Shown here piece by piece: positions 42,801-55,600 of a stretch of 64,000 nucleotides of DNA. Location: assembly GCF_008831285.2 (NCBI RefSeq), contig NC_045138.2:20150001-20214000 (forward strand), given 5' to 3'. The notes below the pieces were generated by a model, which saw nothing but the letters and a program-made list of their open reading frames with translations, was not told the origin of the DNA and searched no databases. The stretch comes from Nymphaea colorata. Taxonomy: Eukaryota. Both the position numbers and the translations under genes were made by a program. Within the stretch, counting starts at the first letter, position 1, and each line of letters opens with the position of its first letter.

Positions 42801-44547
42801 TATTATTGTTGGACTCCCAGTATATCTGAAGTTCTGAATATTGGTCCCTCTTTTAAAAGAGTATCGTAATGATAAATTTACATCTGCAAAACCTGATGCA
42901 GCTAATTATCTGCACAACTTTAAAACATACATGAGAGGAAATAATGGCTGATATGCTCTTGGTAATATGACTAGCACTGTGCAGGCAGTGCAAGAAAGGT
43001 CCGTTGCATGCTTTTATGCTCTTTCAAATTCAAATTTCTGTGTTTGAGAAATATTCTACGAAGGGATATTGGTGACAGGTCATCATGGAGTGTATGCTGG
43101 AAATCTTTGGGCATTTGAAGCATAGGAATGATGCTGCCAAGGAGTGTTTTCTAAGGGCATGAAGCCCCAGCTACACAAACAAAAACGTGGATCATTGGTT
43201 TCCAAATAAAGTTGCAAACTATTCTGCAAGTGATGAATGGGTTTCAAATAAAGTTAAAGATATCATCTTCAGAAGTAATTAATTGGTTTTCGTAGAGTAA
43301 CATATCGGAGCATTTGGATCTGCAATAGAGATGACATGTTTCATGTAGGCTTGATACATATGTAGAAATGCCTTTTTGTTTTTATGCAAGGAAACCACAT
43401 TCAGATAGTGAGGCTTAGTTGCATTTCCGGCATGGCTAATGCTCTTTCTCCGAGGGATTATACATTCTTTGGCTTGTGCAGACTCATAGAAAGTGGCTCC
43501 TGTGGGTTTTGAATTCTTAACTGTTTTCTTCACAGTCAAATCCCGACCCGCTACAACTCCCTGGAGGAGTAACTACGTACTACTTAGATACAGAGTATGA
43601 CACTGTAGTTTGTACAGCTGTCTAACTGATAATGGAATAAGAACCCCATGCTATCCCTGGCGTAATTGTGAGAGCTGATAATGATATTTTCACTGCTGCA
43701 GATTCTGTTTGAAGTTGATGGCTCCAACCTTCATGGGTCATCTATTGTAAGTTATGCATGTAGAAGTATTGTAAACGGCGGTGTGTATCAGGCCTTATTG
43801 GCCAGTACGTATCATTTTGCCCGTGGGTCGCAATGTGATGAGGCCTGATATGGTCCTATCATTTATCGGCCGATACAAACCCAATAAGTGCTTTATCAGC
43901 CCATATCTGAAATCTGGCAGTGTTTTTTATTGTTAGTTTTTATGATTTTTTTTGGAAAATACATTTAAAAAAATAAGAAAAAGTATTATGTTAATGATGG
44001 CCAATACAATCGGATATGCCATACCATTCAGTCTCCCGATACAATTTTACGACATTAGTTTTTAGCATTCATAGTTTTCTACATCTGGTTCTGCATTGCT
44101 TAGAGATGCAAAGTTTGATTAATACGTAATACAATTAATCTTGGGTTCATGCTCTTCATTCATATCCAAATAAAAACGTGGTCTCCATCTGTTGTGCATC
44201 TAATTTCATGTTCATGCTTTTCATGGAACTAATTTCGTGTTCAATGTTCATGCTTTTCATGCAAATTTAAGTAACTCACAGGTAGGCTTGTGACTTCGCA
44301 AGATAATTTGCTGCCTTGAAACTTGAAACTTGCTTGTTTCTTCGATCTTTTTTTTTTTGCAAAAGTGCAAAACTCTTCTTCTATGTTTTATCCGGTCTAG
44401 TAAATCTGGTGCAACTTTTTATTTCAGTATCTTGAGGAAGAACTGGGCGTAGAGGCACTGAGGACCATGAAAAAGATAAAGGCTGCTTTGGACCCCAACG
44501 ACATCATGAACCCTGGAAAGGTCATCCCTCCTCACGTTTGTTTTTAG
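24896..44547 (+). CDS. DLD: D-lactate dehydrogenase [cytochrome], mitochondrial (FAD-linked oxidase family), copy 1, 562 aa, complete
   Basis: 18 exons: 24896-25143, 25310-25403, 26877-26977, 27904-27952, 28689-28781, 29840-29954, 30160-30220, 31648-31684, 31863-31924, 32028-32124, 33058-33132, 33963-34071, 37254-37363, 39764-39826, 40407-40486, 40586-40716, 42583-42626, 44428-44547 (1689 nt, phases consistent). Motifs [64 protein letters not shown]. Mitochondrial-type presequence [10 protein letters not shown]. Confidence 0.96.
27442..27692. mobile_element. Possible small solo LTR in D-LDH1 intron 3
   Basis: TGATGCAG...CTGTGTCA ends. Near-matching 5-bp flanks GTTTT / GTGTT. Purine-rich interior unlike the surrounding intron. 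Confidence 0.35.
30250..30666. mobile_element. AT-rich MITE (CAYTGYCACA family) in D-LDH1 intron 7
   Basis: CACTGCCACAAA ... TTTGTGGCAATT. Internally homologous to 41832-42252 and, reversed, to about 62257-62660. Confidence 0.65.
35800..36505. mobile_element. hAT-type MITE (outer element of a nest) in D-LDH1 intron 12
   Basis: TIR CTAAGTGGCCTGGATA vs reverse complement CTAAGTCACATGGATA (13/16). Perfect TSD GGCATTAT at 35792-35799 and 36506-36513. Confidence 0.8.
36052..36418. mobile_element. hAT-type MITE (CATAGTCACAAA family) nested in the previous element
   Basis: Perfect TSD ATTTGTAT at 36044-36051 and 36419-36426. Right TIR degenerate. Homologous in reverse to 51380-51750. Confidence 0.8.
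41832..42252. mobile_element. AT-rich MITE in D-LDH1 intron 16
   Basis: CATTGTCACATA ... TTTGTGGCAATG. Same family as 30250-30666. Confidence 0.65.
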
Positions 44548-44949
44548 ACAAAATATCTTGTTGTAACTTTTTTTCTTTGAGTATGAAATAAAGAAACTGG
44601 GAAACGATTATTTGTTCATGCAAAACTAATCTCCTTTCGAAAACAAGTTCAGGGGAAAGTATCCCTGTTTCATTCATTTCAGCAATATTCCTTGGTATGG
44701 TAGAGTTAAGTCGTCAGGAGTTGCCACAGAAATGTAAAAACAGCTCCCAAACTCACAAAATCAAGTTCAGATAATGAACTTGATAAAATGAAAAACTAGA
44801 GCAGTTCACTTTAATAAGTGCACTGAGGCTGTTCCCGTGCGTCTAGAGTCGAAAGACTCAGCCCGTGACAGAGGCACAACTGATAAAAAAAGGACATTGA
44901 AGGCCAAGAGGCCTAAAGAGCCAAGTAGGCTGAAACCCCTCTAGTAGTC

Positions 44950-45076
44950 TAGTATATACAGGTAACCGGTAGCCTGAGCTAGCCATTGGTCCAGTTTGAA
45001 CGGCTAATAGTATATACAGGTAACCGGTAGCCTGAGCTAGCCATTGGTCCAGTTTGAACGGCTAATAGTATATACA
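44950..45076. repeat. Perfect 58-bp tandem duplication downstream of D-LDH1
   Basis: TAGTATATACAGGTAACCGGTAGCCTGAGCTAGCCATTGGTCCAGTTTGAACGGCTAA at 44950 and 45008, plus a partial third copy. Confidence 0.95.
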
Positions 45077-46260
45077 TATACATTTAACCTGGCTGTAGTA
45101 ATCTGAGTTTCTCATTTTGCCATATATGCAAAAACAATATATTATATGTATATAATAAATATATACGTGCAAGGTAATATCCATGTATTTATGTGTCTTC
45201 TATCCCGTCTTCAAACATGTGGCATAACCATGGAAAGTTTGTCGATAAGAATGAAATTTTGAAAATGTAAACGTTTTGGTCGGTAAAATGAAACTTAAGT
45301 ATGATAGGCAAAATCAACATTCTTCTTCAAGGATTTTTCTTTACCATATTGACGACGTGTAGCTGGCAATATATATTGCATTCTTACGTCGTCTTTTTAA
45401 CAAAACGAATCACTGTAATATATATTTCATTCTTTTCTGTTGTGACGTCGTCATGGCCTTTCCCAGCCCCTGCCTCCGCCGCTGAACGTTCCACCAATCT
45501 GGTGAAATATATTGATTGGATCACCTTGTCCTATGATGGGTCATCCATTCCAATGCATTCCTACATTCCGGGTGAGCAGGAAAACATTCCGGGTGAGCAG
45601 GAAAAGTATTATATCTGACCATTCATATGAGAGCCGAAGCTCCCATCTAAGGTCTGCTTTGGTGCTTGGGGTGTTGCTTTTGTCGTACTTCAACCTTGTA
45701 TGTCAACCTTGTATGTCGATAACCTTATTTTACAACACAAAGAATTGACACCTTAGGGATTGGTAATGAGAATTGGCCGCCTATTGGCTCCTGTCCCAAC
45801 TGTTGCACCAACTCCTTGGATCCATTCCAATGCATTGGTTCTCAAAGGACAGGTGTATCCTATAAACAAGATATTAAAAAATTGATTGCATCAAATATTG
45901 TTTGGCTCATGCTGTAGGAAGGTGTATCTTAAGCCATCGCATGCATCTAGAAAGACTTAGTGACGTAGGCATAAATTCGTTCCCATGCGGAAGCCAGACT
46001 TGGAGTTTATGGAGTTTGAGCACTAAGAAATTGTCCGGAACATGGATTACGTATGCATCCACAAGTGGGACTTCTTGTATATTGTTTTTCTCATGATGTA
46101 GTTGGAACAATGTCCTCTTCATAGGAACTGTTTTTTTCTCTCTCTCACCTTTTTTTTTAATATAAATCCTCGACTGAATCTTTTTAGAAGTAGTAGTTTA
46201 AGTGTGTCAATGGGTCCAATGTGTCTGATCATCGATCTGAATCTAAAACAACTTATAACC

Positions 46261-46441
46261 AGATATAGATTCTGATTTAGCGAATTTCTCCATCCGGGTT
46301 TGGATAGAGAAATCCTCATGCCTCTCATAGTATACCATCCGATACGATACATCAGGAGATATAGATTCCGATTTGGTGGATTTCTCCATCCGGGTTTGGA
46401 TAGAGAAATCCTCATGCCTCTCATGGTATACCATCCGATAC
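46261..46441. repeat. Tandem repeat, about 96-bp period, inside a TE remnant
   Basis: AGATATAGATT..GATTT..TTTCTCCATCCGGGTTTGGATAGAGAAATCCTCATGCCTCTCAT.GTATACCATCCGATAC occurs twice. Confidence 0.9.
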
Positions 46442-47176
46442 TCGGGTAACCATGATTGGATGGAGTTCAAGATGGCCAGAGGATTTCTGGTATGAAGCTT
46501 GGCAAAGGTATTTGAATATGAGATCTGGCAGGGATCCAAGAATGATACATATAACCTGATTTCATATGAATATGGGATCTTACGCTACTCAGGTTCGGGG
46601 TCTGAATTTGAATCCAATTACATAAAAGCCGATTAGGTTTAATGTGCATTGTTACACTATTTGCAACAACAATTAATCATGGTGCCCATGGTTCATATAC
46701 AATTTAGTATTTGATTTAAACCCGAATTCAAACAATTGGATTTGATAAGAAAACATACATCAGTTGGGTATAGATTCAGACCTGTATTAGCCTTTTTCTA
46801 CTACATTCAGTTGATATTTGGACGCCTATGCATATAAAAATTTGGATCCATACAGTTCCGCAGAAAACTCTTCACGTCCAATTAGTACTCAAATGCAGAA
46901 CCCAAGTGCATCCAACTTTGACGGCCGGATATTCAAATCCATTACGTAGAAGAATTTGGATATGGTTTCGTATTCTTTATGTTCGAATTTGAATATGATC
47001 CCAAGTCAAATTGGAAAAAATCTTTATAATTATGTATGATGCATGCTGACCAGAAAATTCTTATTTTCATATTAATACTTCAGGGTAATTTTTCTCATTA
47101 CATATTATACATTTTCAAAAATTTAAAATTTTATAGTTTGCACTTTTTACCGAAAATTTTCTAGTTCCACCCCAAG

Positions 47177-47419
47177 GAATCGACAAGCAGAAAAGAGAAT
47201 TGACGGCCAGCATTATAAATGGTGAGATCACGTTCTCCAATTATCAGCGACAAGTTGACAAGACTTCAAATTGTTATAACAAGTTAGTCAGGCAAAAGAA
47301 CTGGTTGTGTAAGAATCGACAAGCAGCGAATTCGTGGCCACCATTATTAATGGTGAGATAATGTTCTCCAACTATTGGCGACAAAATTGCCAGACTTTCA
47401 ATTGTTAGAACAAGTTAGT
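47177..47419. repeat. Diverged tandem duplication, about 136-bp period
   Basis: GAATCGACAAGCAG...AATGGTGAGAT...GTTCTCCAA...GCGACAA...AATTGTTA.AACAAGTTAGT occurs twice. Confidence 0.8.
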
Positions 47420-47450
47420 GACGAAATTCGCTGACTTTTAATTGTTGCTT

Positions 47451-47825
47451 AAGAGCGGAGTCAAATTTTTTTTCTAAATTTTGACATGGGCAGAAATATC
47501 ATTTTTCAAGTAAAATTTTTAACATTACATCTAAATTAAACAAAATTGAGGTGAGGCTAAGCCCATGCCGGCCTTACCTTGGCTCTGTCTCTAATCACGC
47601 CAAAAACATTGCTCCAACAGAAAAAGATTTTCATGATCAACTGAGACGTTCCTATCAGGGGCGCCGCCGCCCCGAACTAGCTGGAAAAAAAAATTTACAG
47701 TAAAAAAATAAAAAAATTTTAGTTGTTCAATGTATTTTTTTTTACTTAAGTTCAGTTTGACCCTACCCAAATTTGAGGTTGGATTATTTGGCCCGTCCCT
47801 AAACGAAATCTTGGCTCCACCCCTG
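47451..47825. mobile_element. Two short MITEs of the GGGCGGAGCCA/TGGCTCCGCCC type
   Basis: AGAGCGGAGTCA...TGGCTCTGTCTCT (about 47451-47592) and CAGGGGCG...TGGCTCCACCCCTG (about 47657-47825). Related copies near 17731 and 48435-48600. Confidence 0.5.
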
Positions 47826-49567
47826 GTTCCTACTGTATCGGATCGTTTAATATCAGTCCAATACCGAAACACTATTGGGCCAATAGAATTTAATATATTA
47901 TAGTTAAAAATCAAACAAAAGAAAACAGGAACTTTACTTGGCCAAACTTCTGAGTTATGGTCTCAAGTTCTTCTTTTTCCTTATAGTAACCTCAATTTTA
48001 TGAGCACTGCAAAAAGGAGCTAAAATTAAACTATGCCGCTTTAAACCATACAAAATATGTTTTCCATACAATGTAGAACTTTTGAGTTCAAAAGTGTTCT
48101 TCATCATTTATAAGAAAAAAAAAAAAAACATGCCATTTCTTTGATGTTAGCCCGCCGTCCTTCAAGAACAAAATTGAAGAACAAAAGTAACAATAGATTT
48201 TTAAGGGTGGTTGAGCCTGTGCCTCATGAACATACACTTCAACAAGCCCTAGCGCCTTAGTGGGTCCACACCCACTGGTGTGCATGGCCCTAGGGTGGGG
48301 GCGAGAAGTCCCTCTTTTCTTCCTCACTACATCAAAAAAGTAAAATATTTTAAGCTCACACTTTACTTTAGATTATGACAAAAATTTGGCTGATCTAGTT
48401 AGAAACAAGCAAAGGTGGAATAAAAAATTTTTAATGAGGCGGACCGAATTAAAGTTTCTAAATTTCGTCTAGGGTCGAAATATAATTTTTCAAAATTTTT
48501 ATATAAAACAAATGATTTTTTAAAAAATCTACATGCAAATTTTAAAAAAAATTTGAGGTGGGCCAGGGCCCATGCAGACCCTACTTTGTCTCCGTCCTTG
48601 GAAATAAGGGTCCACGTGCTATACATTAGAAATGCAAAGTATCCATCCGGACTAAAATGGAAGACTCCTCTTGTAAAGCAAAACTGTAATGAGTCAAAAA
48701 GAAAAAAATGATCCAAATATCTCTCTAGCTTAAATTGTAAAATATTGTTTTCTTTGTTGTAGCAAAAAAAAGCATGCAAGTAAGCGGAAACTTGGAAGCT
48801 ATTGAAAGAAAGGCCAAAGCTCTCCTTCTTTTTTTCTTTTTTAAATTTAGAATTAGGTGTAAAACTTGGATGAATCCGTGAATCCCCATTAATTATAGTG
48901 TCATATTGTCACTGTTTGTATCTATAAAATCAAATTGACAAGTTGGTGAACTAGAGTTTGTATCTATAACAATCAAATTGACAATACGACGAACTCTCGT
49001 TTACTTGCACCAGCACAAAATTTGATCCCTTGAAATAATTATTTTTTCTCAAAAAAAAATAAATAAAAAGTCTCAAAAGCGGAGATTCTATTGGATTGCG
49101 AGCTTAAACATCACTGGCGTGGACTTCCGTGCCGACCGACACCAAAACAAGCGCCCGTGAATGCTGGACCTCCTCCCCCGAGGAAACTTGGCATTTATTT
49201 TTCAAAAATTTTCACCTAATGCCTCAAGTTTAAATATAATATATAATAACTTGTCTCTTGTTTCCGGTTTTCCTATCGACCACCCTAGTTTTAGTTAAAA
49301 TTATCAAAACAAGGTAACCGGTTAAATCATGTCATCTTAAAAAACACAAAGTTAAAAGTTGTAGTTTCCGAAACTTTTAAAAGTCATTATTATCATTTTT
49401 GTTATTATATGAAAGACAGCTTTTGACTTTTTTCTCCCAGTTGTTCAGACAATCTCAAAAAAAAAAAAAATTGACGGTTCATATGAATTATGGCAAAAAT
49501 GGTGTTATTAAATGAAAAATCCTCTTTCACCCTTCGGACAGGCGGCCTCCGCCACCGATCGGGCACC

Positions 49568-49574
49568 TATAAAA
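49568..49574 (+). promoter_or_regulatory. TATA box of D-LDH2
   Basis: CACCTATAAAAG about 90 bp upstream of the ATG, conserved with D-LDH1. Confidence 0.65.
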
Positions 49575-49659
49575 GGGCCACGCTTTCCCGGCATCAGGAG
49601 AGTTACCACCCTCATCTCTCTGTAACGTTGCTATTCTCTTTCCTTCTCACCCTCCCGTC

Positions 49660-52600
49660 ATGGTGTTCCGTTCCTGGTTCTCCCGCTTCAGTCCCTCCTC
49701 TAAGCACATCGCTCGCGCACTCTTCGCCACCGGCGCTCGCGAACGGTGCTCTTATTCTGCTGAGACCTTAGCTCCGAAGCGGAGCGATCGTCGCTTCCCC
49801 TGGCTCGCCGTGGCGGTTGCGCTGCCATCTGGAGCTGCTGCATTCGACTTCCTCCATCGGGATCCTTCTCTGTGCGATTCGTCTCAGGAGTTGCATCGGT
49901 ACAGAATGCGTTAGCTTTGAGAGCTTGGAACTTTCGGTCTCTTGTGGTTCTTGACGTTGATAGCATGACCAGAGTTAACACTTAGTTTCTTCTATTTTTA
50001 TGTTAGTCCGTCTTTCTAAAGTTGTCGTTTCCGGGATTGAGTTTCAGCATCGAAAGGACAGGAAGTAGCGGGTTGGTGGTCCAAGGACGTCATAGGCGTG
50101 CGCCGCAGGAGCTCATTGACGAACTGAAGTCTATCTGTGATGTAATTAGTTCCTTCTTAGTTGCTTCGTCTCATTTCTATCTCTTTTAGCGATTTTCGTT
50201 GCGTATTTTGGACATGGAGCATGGTTACTATGTTGTCTCGGTAATGGTATCTTAGCTACTGAGCATGCAGCCGGTGTTCATGGCCTTTGACCTCACCAGT
50301 TTGGCGTGTTGTCATACCTCACGGTTCCTCCCACCTGGTGGAATTTCAAGAAGGGCGTTTTTTGTAGAAAGAACTAAAATCACGTGCCCATGAAATTGTA
50401 GCTCGATCTAACTGAACTAATGAGCCTACTCCAAAAATTGAACTGAAGGGAAACAATATCTTAAACCGAATGAAAATCTCACAAGTGAACTGCTGTTTTT
50501 TCACAAATTCTCCAGTATATGTCGCAATAACCTTATTATGCAGGATTTTGTTCACGTATTTGTGTTATTCATGCTTTGGAATCTGGGGGGGAAATTTCTT
50601 CAGTCCATGTTTCGGCCTTCTTGAATTGAAGTTCCAAATAGGCGCCCTTTGTCTTTCTGATTTCCTCCATCATTTCCATTGATGTTGTTTGAGCAAAATT
50701 CACGAAAAAGTACATCGCATTGCAAGTGAAGTGAAGTTTTGACATTCTTGTACTCCTGTCCATAGCAAACAGGAGGTGCGTTTGCTGCTCTGTGGGACTC
50801 CTCATTTTTGGATTGAATTACCCAAAAACTTTTACTCATTATGTTTCCTCTGCAGGACAATCTAACTTTTGATTACGAGGAACGGTGTTTTCATGGAAAA
50901 CCCCAGAGCAGTTTTCATAGAGCAGTCAACATTCCTGACGTAGTTGTCTACCCAAGGTGTGATTCATTTAAGAAATACTTTCTGTTATTTTGGAGCTAGT
51001 CCTATGTCTTCTTTCGTGTTTCTGATGTATTTTGAGTTAGGTTGTTTACCTGTATAACTTTAGTTTTGGTTGGTGGACTATCCTCAGCTGAGCCAATCCA
51101 ACCAGTTTATACCCTGGCTTAAGTGAACTTCCTATTTAGGAATAATCTCTGTCTTGTAATGGAGTACAGAAGGGTACACAAGCTGGGCAATCTGAGATGA
51201 GTTTCAACTTCAGGGCCATTAGTCGACACTATAAAGCTCCTTGAATCCTTATCAGTTGGCTGGGACAGATACCTATGTGCTTAGTGATTTGTCCTTGACA
51301 TTTCCTAATGAGGATTCCATGAGAGTTTGAAACTGGTGGAAGGTAGTTCCAGATTTCCTCTGTAGTTGGAGTGGTATAGAATAGTCACAGAAAACACATT
51401 TTTTTTTAAAAAAACGCAAAAAAACACGAAAATTAAATGGCCGTTTAAAAAAAAACACGTTTTTTTGAAAAAAAAACGTTAAAAACGATTTTCCATTTTT
51501 TTCACTTTTTTCATTTTTTTCAGTTTTTTTAATGCCAAACAGTTCTTTTTTCATTTTCTATTTTTTATTTGTTGCAAATTTACTTATCTTTTGATGTTTG
51601 TGCTATTAGTTTCTCACTTATTTTATTTTCCCTGCATTTTTAGTTTTTTAAAATTTACCGTATTTTTTCCCTTTTTTCCAAGTTTGTCGTATTATACCAG
51701 AGAAAAAAACTCACCGTTTAAAACTCTGAGACGTTATATTTGTGACTATTAAATCATACCATCACTATTAAATTACTGGCCATCGGTCACTTGTCTAGTA
51801 CATCCGATTAGTTTGACTATTTTAATTAGCTCATGCCTCATGCATGGTCCATGGCGGTTGTGTTTGATCATCATTTTGTGTATAGCCTATGGTCATCCTA
51901 ATATGAACAATGTAAATTGCTATATATTATTTTTCCTGTATTTTCCTGGTATTGATAGTTTTAAGGTCATAGACGATCTATTTTGGAGCTTGGTTGTAGT
52001 TTTATTTTATTTTATTTTTTAGGTTCATTCGTTTCTTTAGGAAGATAGGAATTACCAGTGCTTTCTCAGTCAAAAGCCACAGTACTAAGCTCTTGAGAAG
52101 TCTAAGGTGGCTTAGTTATCATACCAACTCCCATGCATTAAGAGTAAGCATGATATGACAATTCGTATGAGAACTCATCCACTTTGACTGCTGCTATGCT
52201 TGCCACAAAGTTTAGGCACGTCTATCACAATCTTCCTCTTTACATTGAAGTGGAATTTCCAAGATTTGCCTTAAACCATGTTTCACCCCCTCCAACTCTT
52301 CCAAGTCTTTCGGTGACTCTAAATCAGTGCCGAAGTACTAGTTGCAAGTGAGAATCCCTGTAAAACATCTAGTTTATAGGTTTTGTATGGAGAACATTAA
52401 AGGAGTAGGAGTTGGAGGATAATTCATGAGTATGCAAGCATCTTGCACCCTGCTTCTATACTCTGGAAACAGAGAGTCTGTTGTCTGCAAGCAACAATCT
52501 TCAGCTGAAACATTTTTAATTAAATCCACCATAACGTTTGCTTCCCTCTCTGCAGGTCTGAAAGGGAGGTTTCAGAGATTGTTAAAGCTTGTAGCAAGCA

Positions 52601-55600
52601 CAAGGTATATTGTTTTTGTCAATTGTGTCTCTCCAAGTGTTCATTTTGCATTCTTATTCTTTTATAATAAAGATGCTAGTTATATACTGAACCCATGATG
52701 ATGTCAGTTCGGTTGTCTGCATATGGCCATCAATATGCTGCATAAATGTGAATAGGATTCTGGTCAGTTGAATCATGTTAAACTTATGTTTCTGAATGGG
52801 CTATTGGCAGTTGACAAGTTAGCAATGTTTTCTTTCATAGGCCATAGGTTTGTGGTTTAACAGATAGAAAAAAATATTTTCAGTTTCCAAAGAACTGAAG
52901 ATTTGAAGTATTTCTGTACATTGTTTTCTCAGGCTACTTTCCATGCAACAGGTTCATCATTTCTTCCCTGAATCATCTTCAGAATGTCCTGCTTCTTCCT
53001 GTGGTCATCTAATTCCTCCATAGACAGTGAATTTTGGTTCATATACATTATCTTCTTCCTGTGTTTTGGGGTGTAAAGTTGTACATACTATGTGGATAAG
53101 AGAAGGTTTTAAGGACATCTGTCAGGTTCCCTCTGCCACTTCAGAACATTTATTGGTAATAAACCTTGTCAAGTTTGTTCCTTTTTAAATATTCCTTCCT
53201 CTTTCGAGATTCATGCATATGCTTTCTTTTGCTTACCTTTATCTTGCCCTGTCCTTAGGATTTTCTTGGGTGATTGGGTCTCAAACCTTGTTTATCCTTT
53301 CCTTCTTTATGTCAGCTTGCCTAGTCCATCTTCCCAGTCCATGGGAAAAAAAATCCAATTTAACTACCTCCAAATTTAAATTAACATTGTCTCTTTTGGC
53401 ACCTTCATCATTTCTTCCCCTCAAATTGAACATGTGGCACCATTTTCATTATTTATTTTTCCAAATAGAAGCTAGATATTGATGTCCGCAGTCTAGCAGT
53501 TTACTGTATGTGGATCATATATGTTCTTTGGTTGCACATAAATGCAATTTTTTATTTGTAATGTCAAATACGGGTAGTACAAAGGAGTCATAGGGATGTT
53601 CATATGTGAAAAGCTTGAAAGTTAATGTGAAATGTCATCTAACACTACTATCGGTCACTTTTCACAGCATCCTGTTTCTCTTTAAGGACATATGTTGCCA
53701 GGTACTTATGCAGCATCATGTTTCTTTTTGCAAAATATTCTAATGAACCATGTGTGCATTCCTTGGATTTTTAGTGAGGGAAAACTAAGTTACATGTCAA
53801 TGAGCAATCATGTTGGAGTTTTTATTCTCTTGATTCTGTCTTTGCGGTGCTTTTGATAGTTATGTTTTGGTTTTTCTGGTTAGGTTCCTATTGTACCATA
53901 TGGTGGTGCCACATCACTTGAAGGCCATATTTTATCCCCATGTGGAGGTGTTTGCATTGACATGGCACTGATGAAGGTTGGGAACAAATTAATTTTCATT
54001 AACGTATTAGCTGTATAATTGTTCCCGTAAGCAGCCCCACGAACCAGTTGGGTTGTTGGCTTAAGATGTGAAGCTAAAGGATGTCAAAGGTTCAACTTAT
54101 GATGGACCTTCTTGGTCCACAGAGCAGGGTGTACCTGGAGGTTTTGCATCCACTAGGGGCAGTAGTTTCATGGCTGGTGTCATGATTGCATCCATAAGAA
54201 ATCTGCGTGAGTGGTTTCTTATTATATATTGCTCTTGCTTTAAAGTCCAGTTAGTCTTGCTCATGATATTTGCCGTCATTACTTTTTCCAAGCTTTACAT
54301 AAAATTCCAGCTGTGCCTTCAAGTTTGATACTGTGTTCTTAGTGACACAAATTCAAGCAAGGCTTGTGCCATGTTTGCAGACCAAAGCAAGTACCCAACC
54401 CAGAAAGGTTCTCTTGGATTCTTAGTGCATACCTGGTACCTGGTTCCTGAATGAAGATATTTAGATGATCTTAGAAAGAGTTGTCTGAATCACAAGAACC
54501 TGTTTTATATTTAAAGTTGCTCGATTATTTGTACAGGATGCTGAACTAATGGTGCTTTATATCATTTTGCTCCTAAAAGTCAGGTGTTTTGTAATGTGAT
54601 TCCGTGAGATAATTTGTGTCTACACCTAAGTTTTCAATTGAAGTCTCTGCAACACTCTGCTTAGACATATTTATGTACTTTTCTACAGTTCCCTGCCAAG
54701 TACCTGTTTCGGTAGTGCTTGATTTGATAGAACACTTTTATCTGTCTTCTGCTGCATTCCTTTTTATGGCACTTCCCATTTGGCATGCTTAGAATGGCAT
54801 CTTATGTACAATCCTTCAGCTCTGGTGTTTTTACTTCTCCCCAATGTTTCTTATGCTTTGAGTTCATCAGATTTATGATGTCCAGGTCCCAAGTAAGATA
54901 GTCAAGGAAAAAAATGATTCCACCCTTTTGCTTCTATGCCTGATTGACCTTCTTAGACTTGCAATGTGGTGAATAAGTGTTATACATAGACATGCTTGAA
55001 GATGATAATGATAAATCAGTATATCTTTTGCAGAAAATCAAAGTGTTACATGTTAAGGACATGGATGTTGTTGTTGAGCCTGGTATTGGGTGGATGGAAC
55101 TGAACGAGTATTTGAAGCCTTATGGGCTTTTCTTCCCACTTGATCCAGGTGAGATATTTTTAGTTTCATGTTCTTTTATTGATGCATTTTTCCGATAAGC
55201 ACTTTCCTTCCAGTTGCTTATGTTGAATGTCATTTTGGATCCTTCCTGTCTAGACTTAACTTGGCTGCATATAGTTTCTTTAAAGGCTAACATTTCCTGC
55301 CTACTTGTTTCCATGTTTAGGCCCGGGTGCTTCAATTGGAGGCATGTGTGCTACACGTTGTTCTGGTTCTTTGGCAGTGAGGTGCTGCATATTTCTTATA
55401 CTTCATTTTGACTAGCATCTCTCATAGTGACAATTTGCTTTGATCTATTTCACCATTTAGTGCCATGAATATCAAATATTGCATTAACAGTTCCACTTTT
55501 AGTTCGTGCTTGAACAACAGTAAGCATGCTATTAATTTCATCTATGCACTTTTGGATCACATAGTTGACACTTATGATGGATATACAATGTGGAATGGGT

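Noticed and set aside
45480..46122. Possible NB-LRR or other pseudogene fragment (YFTRLVERS; LKLHKLQVW)
   Set aside because: The resemblances are too short and not in a coherent domain order. BLASTX would be needed.
46119..46539. Minus-strand ORFs with repeated peptides
   Set aside because: Artefact of a 96-bp (multiple of 3) tandem repeat within a TE remnant.
49490..49771. Upstream overlapping ORF at D-LDH2
   Set aside because: Its ATG lies upstream of the TATA box, so it is unlikely to be in the transcript.
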